Positions 18,001 through 25,917 of a DNA stretch of 32,000 nt are shown here, piece after piece. A model generated the notes under the pieces. That model had not been told where the DNA came from. It did not search any database and saw only the letters and a list, made by a program, of their open reading frames with translations. Numbering within the stretch: the first letter of the stretch is position 1; the number at the start of each line of letters is the position of its first letter. This stretch comes from Zymomonas mobilis subsp. mobilis ATCC 10988 (GTDB lineage: Bacteria > Pseudomonadota > Alphaproteobacteria > Sphingomonadales > Sphingomonadaceae). The translations under genes and the position numbers were made by a program. The stretch spans positions 1,710,001-1,742,000 of the forward strand of contig NC_017262.1 in assembly GCF_000175255.2 (NCBI RefSeq). The letters run 5' to 3'.

Positions 18001-18033
18001 GTAATTGACAATCAATATCAATAAAGCATAACC
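18001..18033 (+). promoter_or_regulatory. Candidate Fur box overlapping a sigma70-like promoter of the receptor operon
   Basis: GTAATTGACAATCAATATC (18001-18019) matches the Fur consensus GATAATGATAATCATTATC at 14/19. TTGACA (18005-18010), a 16-nt spacer and CATAAC (18027-18032) form the promoter-like element. The ATG at 18079 lies about 46 nt downstream. Confidence 0.45.
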
Positions 18034-18078
18034 GGAGAACATTCCAAAAATCAAATTGAGAGAAAGAGGGCTTAAAGG

Positions 18079-20370
18079 ATGATGGGGGGATCGAACAGGA
18101 TAAAAACGGTGGTGCCGGTTTTGGCCTTGGCAGGCTGTTTCCTAGCACCGGCGGATGCACAAAATCTTTCTTCCGCCGAGGTCAATAATAGCGCGCAAGA
18201 GGAAGTCAAAACGGCACCGTCGAAAAAAAAGGATAAATCCGACGTTATCGTTGTTACGGCTACCGGATTGTCACAGGCCTCTTCGACGACCAAAACCCAT
18301 ACGCCGATTATTGAATCGCCCCAATCCATTTCTATTGTCAGCCGCGACGAAATAGAATTGCGTGCTTCTCCAACAATCGCCGATGCTTTGGCTTATACTG
18401 CTGGCGTTCAGGCTGAACCTTCCGGCATTGATAGCCGAGTTGATGAAGTATCCGTGCGTGGTTTCGGCGCAGGTGGCTTTTCTTCCAATAACAATTTTGT
18501 TGATGGCTTGCGTTTGCCTTCAGGGGGGCAATGGACAAGAACTTCTTTTGATCCTTTTTCTCTCCAACAAATCGAAGTTTTAAAAGGACCTTCCGGCGCA
18601 CTTTATGGTCAGACGGCTCCGGGCGGTGTTGTCAATCTTGCCACGAAAAGGCCAACAAAGAAAAGTCAGGGTGAATTTTTCCTTCAAGGCGCTGGCTATA
18701 CCCATCTTGGGAATTGGCAAGGACAGGCTTCTGGCGATGTTTCCGGAAAATTGAATAAAGACGGCACGTTGTCTGGCCGGATCGTTGGTTTAGCCCGTTA
18801 CGGGGATACCCAAGTCAACCATGTTCAAACAGGGCGCTATTATGTTTCGCCCAGCCTGACATGGGAAATTTCTCCCGATACAAAATGGACGGTTCTTGCC
18901 CAATATCAACGCGACCAAGGCGGTTCGACATTCCAGTTTTTACCTGCAACAGGTACGCTTTATGCTTCAAAAGGCCGCCATATTGCTAATGATGCGAATA
19001 TTGGTGAACCCAAATGGGATAACTTCAATCGTAATCAGGTGATGGCGGGTTCCTTCTTTGAACATCACTTCAATCATTTCCTGACTCTTCGCAACAATAC
19101 CCGATATACCTATCTGAATACCCTTTATCGGGCGACGGTGCTTTCGGGCGATACTTTACAAAGTTGCAGCGCTGCAATCGCCGGCTGTGTCGCTGGAGAA
19201 ACTGTCAATCGTCGCGCTGTCGAAGGGCGAGGGCGGTCACAAGGTGTCGCAACAGATACTCAATTAGAAGGTCATGTTGATACCGGTGCCGTCCGGCATG
19301 TCATGCTTTTTGGTACTGATTATTTCTATACCGATTGGACGCATGATCGCGATTTGGTCAAATCCTCTCTTGTCCTACCGATGCTTAATATCTTTGATCC
19401 GGTTTCCCGTGGCTCAGCAGGCTATGGCGCGGCTCTATCTCCACAGGTTTATACTTCAACCATCAGCCAACAAAACGGCATTTATTTCCAAGACCAGATC
19501 AAATTCAAACGTCTGCGCGTGACAGTCGGCGGACGACAGGATTGGGCAAAAGACGATACGTTAAACCGCCTGACGGGCAAACGTTATCTTACCCATTCAA
19601 ACGCCTTCACTTGGCGTGCAGGGGCTGTTTATCTCTTCGATAATGGTCTTGCGCCTTATTTCAGCTATGCCAAATCTTTCCAGCCACAGGTCTCCGATCC
19701 ATCGACTTCTTTAGATGGGACGCCTTTCAAGCCAACAACGGGTGACCAATATGAAGCCGGTATCCGTTACCAATATGGGAAAAGTATTTATATCACCTTT
19801 GGGGCGTATCAGATTACCCAACGGAATATGACTACGCCAGATCCCAATGGCGCCTTATGCGGCACCTCGACCTGTCTGGTGCAAACCGGAGAAGGGCGCG
19901 TGCGTGGTCTTGAATTAGAAGGGCGCGCGACTCTGCCTTGGAATATGGCGATTATCTTCACCGGAACGCGAAGTGATGCCAAGGTAACGCAATCCAATAC
20001 CGCCTCTCAAATCGGCAATTATTTACCACAGGCACCGAAATGGATGGCCTCGCTCTTTATTGATCAACGTATCCGGCATGGTTTCTTTACCGGTTTAGGT
20101 ATCGGGGGTGGTGTCCGCTATACTGGACACAGCTATGGCGATACCAATAATACGCTTTCAATTCCGGGATATACCCTGTTTGATTCCTTCTTGCGTTACG
20201 ATTTCGCCAATCGCTTCCCACGCTACAAGGGTTTATCTCTTTCTATAAATATGCGTAACATTGCCAATAAACGCTATGTCGCGACCTGTACGGCGGCATC
20301 TGCCTGTTATTATGGTCAAGGGCGTAGCTTGACCTTGCGGCTCGGTTACAGTTGGGGAGGCACGGCCTGA
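18079..20370 (+). CDS. TonB-dependent siderophore receptor (FhuA/hydroxamate-type)
   Basis: 763-aa ORF. Signal peptide ending ADAQ, TonB-box-like DVIVVTA, plug domain (TPIIESPQSISIVSRDEI..., IEVLKGPSGALYGQTAPGGVVNL) and a 22-strand barrel region that aligns by eye with E. coli FhuA. Confidence 0.92.
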   Translation: MMGGSNRIKTVVPVLALAGCFLAPADAQNLSSAEVNNSAQEEVKTAPSKKKDKSDVIVVTATGLSQASSTTKTHTPIIESPQSISIVSRDEIELRASPTIADALAYTAGVQAEPSGIDSRVDEVSVRGFGAGGFSSNNNFVDGLRLPSGGQWTRTSFDPFSLQQIEVLKGPSGALYGQTAPGGVVNLATKRPTKKSQGEFFLQGAGYTHLGNWQGQASGDVSGKLNKDGTLSGRIVGLARYGDTQVNHVQTGRYYVSPSLTWEISPDTKWTVLAQYQRDQGGSTFQFLPATGTLYASKGRHIANDANIGEPKWDNFNRNQVMAGSFFEHHFNHFLTLRNNTRYTYLNTLYRATVLSGDTLQSCSAAIAGCVAGETVNRRAVEGRGRSQGVATDTQLEGHVDTGAVRHVMLFGTDYFYTDWTHDRDLVKSSLVLPMLNIFDPVSRGSAGYGAALSPQVYTSTISQQNGIYFQDQIKFKRLRVTVGGRQDWAKDDTLNRLTGKRYLTHSNAFTWRAGAVYLFDNGLAPYFSYAKSFQPQVSDPSTSLDGTPFKPTTGDQYEAGIRYQYGKSIYITFGAYQITQRNMTTPDPNGALCGTSTCLVQTGEGRVRGLELEGRATLPWNMAIIFTGTRSDAKVTQSNTASQIGNYLPQAPKWMASLFIDQRIRHGFFTGLGIGGGVRYTGHSYGDTNNTLSIPGYTLFDSFLRYDFANRFPRYKGLSLSINMRNIANKRYVATCTAASACYYGQGRSLTLRLGYSWGGTA

Positions 20371-20639
20371 TGTTTCTTTTTTTTGCGATTATTTTGTCTG
20401 CTTCGGGGGCAGTGATGTTTTATCTGCTTTCCCGCAATCAACAGCTTTTACCCAAAGCCTTGGATAAACAGCCTTTTATGCTGGTGGCCTGTTCGCTGGA
20501 ATTTATGGCCTTTCTAATGCTTTGGGAGGAAAAAAGCCTGACATCAGCCTTACTGACATTGGTTTTATTATTGATGATCGAATGGTCTTTCTTGCCCTTG
20601 CTGATCGCGCTTTTCCCCAAAAATAGGTGCAAACCATGA
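20370..20639 (+). CDS. Small 3-TM membrane protein (DUF3325-like, 89 aa)
   Basis: The ATG at 20370 shares its A with the receptor stop (TGATG). Sequence MFLFFAIILSASGAVMFYLL...LLLMIEWSFLPLLIALFP is hydrophobic. Its position and size match the small proteins found next to siderophore receptors and PepSY genes (from memory). Confidence 0.6.
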   Translation: MFLFFAIILSASGAVMFYLLSRNQQLLPKALDKQPFMLVACSLEFMAFLMLWEEKSLTSALLTLVLLLMIEWSFLPLLIALFPKNRCKP

Positions 20640-20935
20640 AGCAAGGCGCAGAACGACAAGATAAAGACTGGCTCTTCAAATTTCTGGCTACTTTTTTCTT
20701 GGGTATACCGCTTCTACTGGGTGTTATGGGGCTCGTCGGCTTGTGGTGTCATAACGACGGAAATCCAAGGGCAATTTCTTCACAATTGATGATGTGGGTG
20801 CTCTCGCCGCTTTGGATAACACTTCTCGGATTATCCGGATTCTTCCGTTCATCCCGTCAGGCATGGGGCATTTTAGGCGGGTTAAGCCTCTTTGTATGGG
20901 CAGTATTTTTTCTTTTGCGGGGGTTCTGTTTATGA
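20636..20935 (+). CDS. Small membrane protein (DUF3649-like, 99 aa)
   Basis: The ATG at 20636 overlaps the preceding stop (ATGA); the ORF-track start at 20627 is GTG. It has three predicted TM segments and an SSRQAWGILGG motif reminiscent of DUF3649 'iron uptake' proteins (from memory). Confidence 0.6.
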   Translation: MKQGAERQDKDWLFKFLATFFLGIPLLLGVMGLVGLWCHNDGNPRAISSQLMMWVLSPLWITLLGLSGFFRSSRQAWGILGGLSLFVWAVFFLLRGFCL

Positions 20936-22503
20936 AAATCCCGAATATGATTCTACGCAGCTATCGAGAATTACATAGCTGGGTCGGTATTGTTGCCGGT
21001 CTATTTTTATTTGTGGCCTTCTATGCGGGTGCCATCACCATGTTTGAACAGCCCATACAAGATTGGGCATCTCAAACGGTCTCTTTACCCCCTCCGGTTT
21101 CGTTACATGCGACCCCTGAATTGTTAGAAAAAACTTTTGCCGCTCATCCCGAAGCTCGGAAAAGTTATACCGTTTATTTAGCGCCGAATGTGGCTCATCC
21201 TGAACGTCTCTCTTGGTTTGCACCGCTTTCTCATGGTCATGTCGGCCAAGCGACCCTAGCGGCTTTAGATGAAAAAGGCGCGCTCGTTACCGCCAAACCG
21301 CAAATCTCGGCGAATGCCCATTTTATCAATCTGCTGCATCAACAGGTTGGCTTACCCTTCCCGCATGAAACCTCTTTACTGGTGACGGGGATTGTCGGGC
21401 TTTTATATGGTGTGGCGTTATTATCGGGGATTATTATTTTCCTGCCAAAAATGGCTGAAAATCTTTTTGCTGTGCGGTTGACGACCAGTCTTAGACGAAA
21501 ATGGCTCGACCTCCATAATCTTCTAGGAATCTTTTCTTTACCCTTCCATCTGGTGATGGCGTTAACGGCGGTTGTTTTTGCTTTTCATGATCCTGTCTTT
21601 GATGTTCAACATGCTTTATTCGCAAAAAGTAATCCGCCTTTGACGCTCTCTGAAAAAATACGCCCTTCTACAGAACAGGGTAGGCTCTCGCAAAAAGCCG
21701 ATCAGGCAAAAATAAAACCATCCTCTTCTTTGCCTTTGGAACCCGAAAAAATTGTCAATTCACTAGAATTACAGGCTGCCGGATTTGTGCCGGAAATGTT
21801 GAATTATTCTCAAAACAAGGAAGGTCAGCTTGTCTTACGGGTGGCAGGTCATGACTCACGCTATGGAATGCGGGGGGCTTCACGTGGCTTTGCCGAAATT
21901 GATCCTTATAGCGGCAAGATTTTGTCCTCCGATTACCTTCCCGGACATCAATCAACGGGCTTTGCCATTTTGACTACTTTTTTTGCCTTACATTTCGGTA
22001 ATTTTGGCGGAAATTTTGTCCGCTGGGGCTATGTTTTGTTAGGCTTAGGCGGTGCTTTTCTTTTCTATACCGGCAATCAACTCTGGATCAACGCCCGCAA
22101 AAGGCGGGAGATAAAAAGCGGAGAGACCTCTTCGGCTACGCAATTTTTGGATTGTTTGACAGCAGGTTGCGTCAATGGTTGTATATCAGGCATTTCAGCT
22201 ATTTTCTGCGCTGCCTTTTGGTTGCCCCATGGTGGTGATTATAAAGACATCGCCTCCGTTTATTATGGGGTCTTTGTCCTTTTCGTTATTTTGGCTTTTT
22301 GTCTAAAAACGCGATATCGGAATTCTATTCTGCTTTCGCTTTCTGGGCTTATCACGCTTCTCATTCCTGTTATGGCCAGCCCTTATGGCCACAAAGCTCT
22401 TCTTTTACGCCCTAATGTGACGATCAATCTTATCGCCATTTTTCTTGGGATTTTTCTTTTCTGGGCAGCAGGGAGAGAGAAAAAACTTTCAGGCAAAGTA
22501 TAA
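20932..22503 (+). CDS. PepSY-associated TM-helix protein (PiuB/FoxB-like putative siderophore reductase)
   Basis: The ATG at 20932 overlaps the preceding stop (ATGA) and gives 523 aa starting MKIPNMILRSYRELHSWVGIVAGLFLF. TM-embedded His residues occur in RELHSWVG, LDLHNLLG, LPFHLVMA and FALHFGNFGG. The ORF-track start at 20794 lies inside the upstream gene. Confidence 0.85.
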   Translation: MKIPNMILRSYRELHSWVGIVAGLFLFVAFYAGAITMFEQPIQDWASQTVSLPPPVSLHATPELLEKTFAAHPEARKSYTVYLAPNVAHPERLSWFAPLSHGHVGQATLAALDEKGALVTAKPQISANAHFINLLHQQVGLPFPHETSLLVTGIVGLLYGVALLSGIIIFLPKMAENLFAVRLTTSLRRKWLDLHNLLGIFSLPFHLVMALTAVVFAFHDPVFDVQHALFAKSNPPLTLSEKIRPSTEQGRLSQKADQAKIKPSSSLPLEPEKIVNSLELQAAGFVPEMLNYSQNKEGQLVLRVAGHDSRYGMRGASRGFAEIDPYSGKILSSDYLPGHQSTGFAILTTFFALHFGNFGGNFVRWGYVLLGLGGAFLFYTGNQLWINARKRREIKSGETSSATQFLDCLTAGCVNGCISGISAIFCAAFWLPHGGDYKDIASVYYGVFVLFVILAFCLKTRYRNSILLSLSGLITLLIPVMASPYGHKALLLRPNVTINLIAIFLGIFLFWAAGREKKLSGKV

Positions 22504-22540
22504 AAAAAGGCTTCAGTCTATCGAAGGATAGGCTGAAGCC
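22502..22540 (-). terminator. Terminator hairpin between the convergent PepSY gene and engB
   Basis: GGCTTCAGTCTATC-gaag-GATAGGCTGAAGCC, a 14-bp stem. Position 9 is a G:U pair on plus-strand RNA and an A/C mismatch on minus-strand RNA. On the minus strand it is followed by U7 (plus-strand A-run 22502-22508). No U-tract follows it on the plus strand. Confidence 0.7.
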
Positions 22541-22569
22541 AATATCACTATAAAAACGATAAAGTGGGC

Positions 22570-23208
22570 TTAGATGATCGCATCATAAACAGCAGCGCGT
22601 AATTCCGCTATGCCCGTGCCTTTTTCGCTTGAGGTCGCAATAATTTCAGGAAAAGCTGCCGGATGTTTCCGCATTTCTTCGGTGATAGCTTTAACCGTTT
22701 TTTCCAGTTCGGCGGCTTTGATTTTGTCCGATTTTGTTAGGACAACTCGATAAGAAATAGCCGCATCATCCAGCATTTTCATCAAGTCACGATCAACATC
22801 TTTGATGCCGTGACGGCTATCTATCAAAATCAAACTCCGTCTAAGAACAGCCCGACCCCGCAAATAATCGTTGATCAGCCATTTCCAGCGTTTAACAACA
22901 TCCTTCGGTGCTTTGGCAAAACCATAACCGGGCATATCAACAAGCCGCATTTGCAAAGGCTCACCGACATCAAAGAAGTTTAATTCTTGGGTTCTGCCCG
23001 GTGTCGTCGAGGCGCGTGCCAGACTATTCCGATTGGTCAAAGCATTGATAAGGGAAGACTTACCAACATTTGAACGGCCAGCAAAAGCCACTTCCGGTGC
23101 GGTCGGTGCTGGCAAAAATTCAAGTGCTGGAGCCGATTTTAAAAAATTCACGGCTCCGGCAAAAAGTTTCCTGCCCGCTTCCAGCCTAATATCGTTTTCT
23201 GGACTCAT
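22570..23208 (-). CDS. engB: Ribosome-biogenesis GTPase EngB (YsxC/YihA)
   Basis: G1 motif GRSNVGKSSLINAL, G3 motif DMPGYG, G4 motif TKSDK. The ATG at 23208 (MSPENDIRLEAG...) starts 8 nt after the yidC stop (212 aa). The longer ORF reaching 23298 would overlap yidC. Confidence 0.9.
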   Translation of the reverse strand: MSPENDIRLEAGRKLFAGAVNFLKSAPALEFLPAPTAPEVAFAGRSNVGKSSLINALTNRNSLARASTTPGRTQELNFFDVGEPLQMRLVDMPGYGFAKAPKDVVKRWKWLINDYLRGRAVLRRSLILIDSRHGIKDVDRDLMKMLDDAAISYRVVLTKSDKIKAAELEKTVKAITEEMRKHPAAFPEIIATSSEKGTGIAELRAAVYDAII

Positions 23209-23216
23209 TTTGGATA

Positions 23217-24956
23217 TCAAGCTTTCTTCTTGGACAGGCGTTTTCTTTCGGCTCTGTCTTGGCGTTCTTCCGGTGTCGAATGACGATGCTGTAACCACAT
23301 CATCTGCGCCAGAGAAATAAGGTTATTAAAGATATAATAGACCTGCAAACCGGCCGCCAAAGGCGCCATGAAGATTACCGAAATCAAAGGCAAAAAGCTC
23401 ATGATCTGTTGCTGTGCCGGTTCCAACTGTTGCGGGCTGGCACGGAATTGCAACCACATGGTGATACCCAAAATGATAGGCAATACACCGATCATCAGGA
23501 AATGCGGCGGGGTGAAATGCAGCAAGCCGAAAAGATTAAACGGCGTTAAAGGATCCGGTGCCGATAAATCTTTGATCCACAAGATAAAGGGCTGATGACG
23601 GCTTTCGATCGTCACAAGCAAGGTCTTGTAGAGCGCGATAAAGATTGGGAATTGGATAAACATCGGCAAGCATCCAGCAAAAGGATTCACTTTTTCCTTC
23701 TGATAGAGCGTTACCAATTCCTGCCGCATTCTAGCTTCATCATTTTTATAACGTTCACGAACAGCCTGCATTTTAGGCTGTAACCGCCGCATCGAAGCCA
23801 TCGAGGCATATTGTTTATTGGCAATCGGGAAGATCAAAGCACGGATGGTAAACACCATCAGAATGATGGCAAGGCCATAATTTCCGACATGCAAGAACAA
23901 CCAGTCGAGATAATAGAAAAAGACTTTTTCGATAATCGCGAACCAGCCCCAATCAATCGCCTTGTCAAAATGAGGCAGATGTAACTGATCGCGGTAACGG
24001 TCAAGAACACGGACTTCTTTGGCACCGGCAAAAACATCAACACTGGTGCTGGCCGTTTTCCCTGCGGCAACCACCACCGGAGCCACCGTGAAATCAGCCT
24101 GATAATGGTGATTGGAGCTGCTTCTGAAATCGGTATCAATCGCGATTTTCTGATTATGAGGCGCAAGAGCCGTTAACCAATATTTATCGGAAAAGCCGAT
24201 CCAACCGCCTTGGGTGTTATTACGGATGCTATTATTGGTCGCTTTATCAATATCTGCAAAATCGACATGATAATTAACCGAACCGTTGAACACGCCAATC
24301 GGCCCCGTATGCAACGTCCAAGAACTGGCCGTTTTGAAGACACCTTGATGGTTGGTTAAAACATAGGGCTGAACAATAACCGGACTATTGCCACGATTGA
24401 TAACACTTTCGGTCGCGTTGAACATATAATCATGATCAACAGACAAGGTTATTCTGAAAATCTGGCCTTGTTGGTTATTCCAGTAGAAATTGACAGGATG
24501 GTCAGCCGTCAACTTGTCGCTATCCGCCTTCCAAAGGCTATCCGCATTCGGCAAAGCGACATTTTCACCTGTCCATCCAAAAGAGGTAAACCAGGCATTT
24601 TCTGTGCCTGCGGGTGAAAATAATCTGACAGCCGGAGAATTTTTAGCAAGGGTTTCACGATGACGGATAAGAGTCAGATCATCAAGGCGTAACCCTTTCA
24701 GATTAACAGAACCCTCAACGCTTTCTGTCAAAATGGGCAGGCGAGGGGTTTCCTGTAAAACCTGATCGACGGGTTTTAAAGGTTTGTCGCCGGATTCTTC
24801 TGCGGTTAATTCAGCTTTTAGCTGATTTTTGCCCTGCTGTGTTGGGGCAGGTGGCGTTGATAACCAATGTTTGGTTACAAAGCTCCAGCCAAATAAAATA
24901 AGCGCAGAAAGAATGGTAACAATAACCAGATTACGCTGCTGGTGCTTATCGTCCAT
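23217..24956 (-). CDS. yidC: Membrane protein insertase YidC
   Basis: 579-aa ORF with an N-terminal TM helix, a large periplasmic P1 domain, a conserved 5-TM core (...GCLPMFIQFPIFIALY...) and a basic C-terminal tail. Confidence 0.95.
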   Translation of the reverse strand: MDDKHQQRNLVIVTILSALILFGWSFVTKHWLSTPPAPTQQGKNQLKAELTAEESGDKPLKPVDQVLQETPRLPILTESVEGSVNLKGLRLDDLTLIRHRETLAKNSPAVRLFSPAGTENAWFTSFGWTGENVALPNADSLWKADSDKLTADHPVNFYWNNQQGQIFRITLSVDHDYMFNATESVINRGNSPVIVQPYVLTNHQGVFKTASSWTLHTGPIGVFNGSVNYHVDFADIDKATNNSIRNNTQGGWIGFSDKYWLTALAPHNQKIAIDTDFRSSSNHHYQADFTVAPVVVAAGKTASTSVDVFAGAKEVRVLDRYRDQLHLPHFDKAIDWGWFAIIEKVFFYYLDWLFLHVGNYGLAIILMVFTIRALIFPIANKQYASMASMRRLQPKMQAVRERYKNDEARMRQELVTLYQKEKVNPFAGCLPMFIQFPIFIALYKTLLVTIESRHQPFILWIKDLSAPDPLTPFNLFGLLHFTPPHFLMIGVLPIILGITMWLQFRASPQQLEPAQQQIMSFLPLISVIFMAPLAAGLQVYYIFNNLISLAQMMWLQHRHSTPEERQDRAERKRLSKKKA

Positions 24957-24973
24957 ATCGTTGTTTCACCCTT

Positions 24974-25186
24974 TCAAGGCACTGGATCATGCCCACACCC
25001 GCCCCATGGGTGGCAACGGGCTAGACGTTTTATGGTAAGCCAGCTTCCCTTTATTGCTCCATATCGGCGCCACGCTATGATGGCATAAGCTGAACAACTG
25101 GGATAATAGCGGCAGGAAGACGGCAAAAGCCGTGATGGACCCCATTGCCACAAGCGGGCCAACAAAATAAGCGCATGGGCGATCAT
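24974..25186 (-). CDS. yidD: Membrane protein insertion efficiency factor YidD
   Basis: 70-aa ORF with the hallmark [11 protein letters not shown] and [17 protein letters not shown] motifs. Its ATG overlaps the rnpA stop (ATGA). Confidence 0.93.
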   Translation of the reverse strand: MIAHALILLARLWQWGPSRLLPSSCRYYPSCSAYAIIAWRRYGAIKGSWLTIKRLARCHPWGGCGHDPVP

Positions 25187-25647
25187 CGCCGCATACGCGC
25201 CAAAGCTTTTGACAATTGACGATAAAGATCATCAAAATTGCCGTGAAAGGCAGCTCGCCGACCAATCAATATATGATCAGCACCTTCTACACCGCCGACA
25301 GGCAGCAGTGATTGGACTAAAGCCCTGAAACGCCGCTTGATCCGGTTACGGACGACTGCATTGCCGGTTTTCTTTGTTACCGTATAGCCTACACGCATAT
25401 CCGGATTATCATCATGACGATGATAAACTAACAAGACAAAAGCCGGCATAGCCACGCGTTTACCGCGGTTAGCCGCAAGAAAATCAGCGCGGCGCTTAAG
25501 AACTGCTACGCGGACAGTTTCTTGCGGCTGCGAGCCCGACGGGCTGCCAGAATCTTGCGACCGCCCGGGGTTGCAGACCGGGTACGGAAACCGTGCCGGC
25601 GCTTGCGCACGAGGTTGCTCGGCTGAAAAGTGCGCTTCATCGCTCAT
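25183..25647 (-). CDS. rnpA: Ribonuclease P protein component; N-terminus uncertain
   Basis: Conserved RnpA core: [26 protein letters not shown]...[24 protein letters not shown]. The only in-frame canonical start upstream of this core is the ATG at 25647, which makes the ORF (154 aa) engulf rpmH in another frame. The downstream alternatives GTG (25455) and ATG (25449) would delete the conserved N-terminal motif. Confidence 0.75.
   Translation of the reverse strand: MSDEAHFSAEQPRAQAPARFPYPVCNPGRSQDSGSPSGSQPQETVRVAVLKRRADFLAANRGKRVAMPAFVLLVYHRHDDNPDMRVGYTVTKKTGNAVVRNRIKRRFRALVQSLLPVGGVEGADHILIGRRAAFHGNFDDLYRQLSKALARMRR
25506..25640 (-). CDS. rpmH: 50S ribosomal protein L34
   Basis: Translated by hand: [44 protein letters not shown], 44 aa and below the ORF-track cutoff. 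GAGGA (25652-25648) lies 7 nt upstream of the ATG. Confidence 0.95.
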   Translation of the reverse strand: MKRTFQPSNLVRKRRHGFRTRSATPGGRKILAARRARSRKKLSA

Positions 25648-25672
25648 TCCTCAACAGTATTTCTTGATTGTT

Positions 25673-25699
25673 AAAAAAGGCCACCGACACACGGCAGCC
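25673..25699 (-). terminator. Strand-specific intrinsic-terminator-like hairpin about 30 nt upstream of rpmH
   Basis: Minus-strand RNA: GGCUGCCG-ugugu-CGGUGGCC (6 G:C and 2 G:U pairs) followed by U6. On the plus strand the two wobble pairs become C/A mismatches and no U-tract follows. No minus-strand gene lies upstream for it to terminate. Confidence 0.5.
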
Positions 25700-25917
25700 A
25701 TATCTAATGGGCGTGAATAGGGAAGATGACGGAAAAAGTCAACGGTTGCGCCAAGATTCATTTTTGAACGCTCATTGAATAGCCTTTTTTTAAATAAAAC
25801 AGTCGATAAAAAGGATTTGAAAAATATCTTTTTGAAGAATTAAAACCTATATAAGAAATTCAAAAAATATTATCAAAATAATAAAATTATAATATTAAAG
25901 GCGGTTTCTTTCTTATC

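Noticed and set aside
20377-20384. T8 tract at codons 3-5 of the DUF3325-like gene as a phase-variation switch
   Set aside because: It simply encodes the Leu-Phe-Phe of the MFLFF N-terminus of a TM helix (CTT TTT TTT). There is no evidence of length variation, and eight T residues is short for efficient slippage.
20794-20931. Long N-terminal extensions offered by the ORF track: PepSY from 20794, engB from 23298, secB from 12893, murJ from 12254, tyrS from 7453, anmK from 7532
   Set aside because: The extensions overlap upstream genes or run through terminator hairpins, and several start at GTG or TTG. Internal ATGs restore family-typical N-termini, some with an SD or a stop/start overlap.
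25648-25917. Replication origin next to rpmH-rnpA-yidC, as in many gamma-proteobacteria and Firmicutes
   Set aside because: The region is AT-rich, but I found no TTATCCACA-type DnaA boxes (best is TTATCAAAA, 6/9), no box cluster and no dnaA gene nearby. Alphaproteobacterial origins are usually elsewhere.
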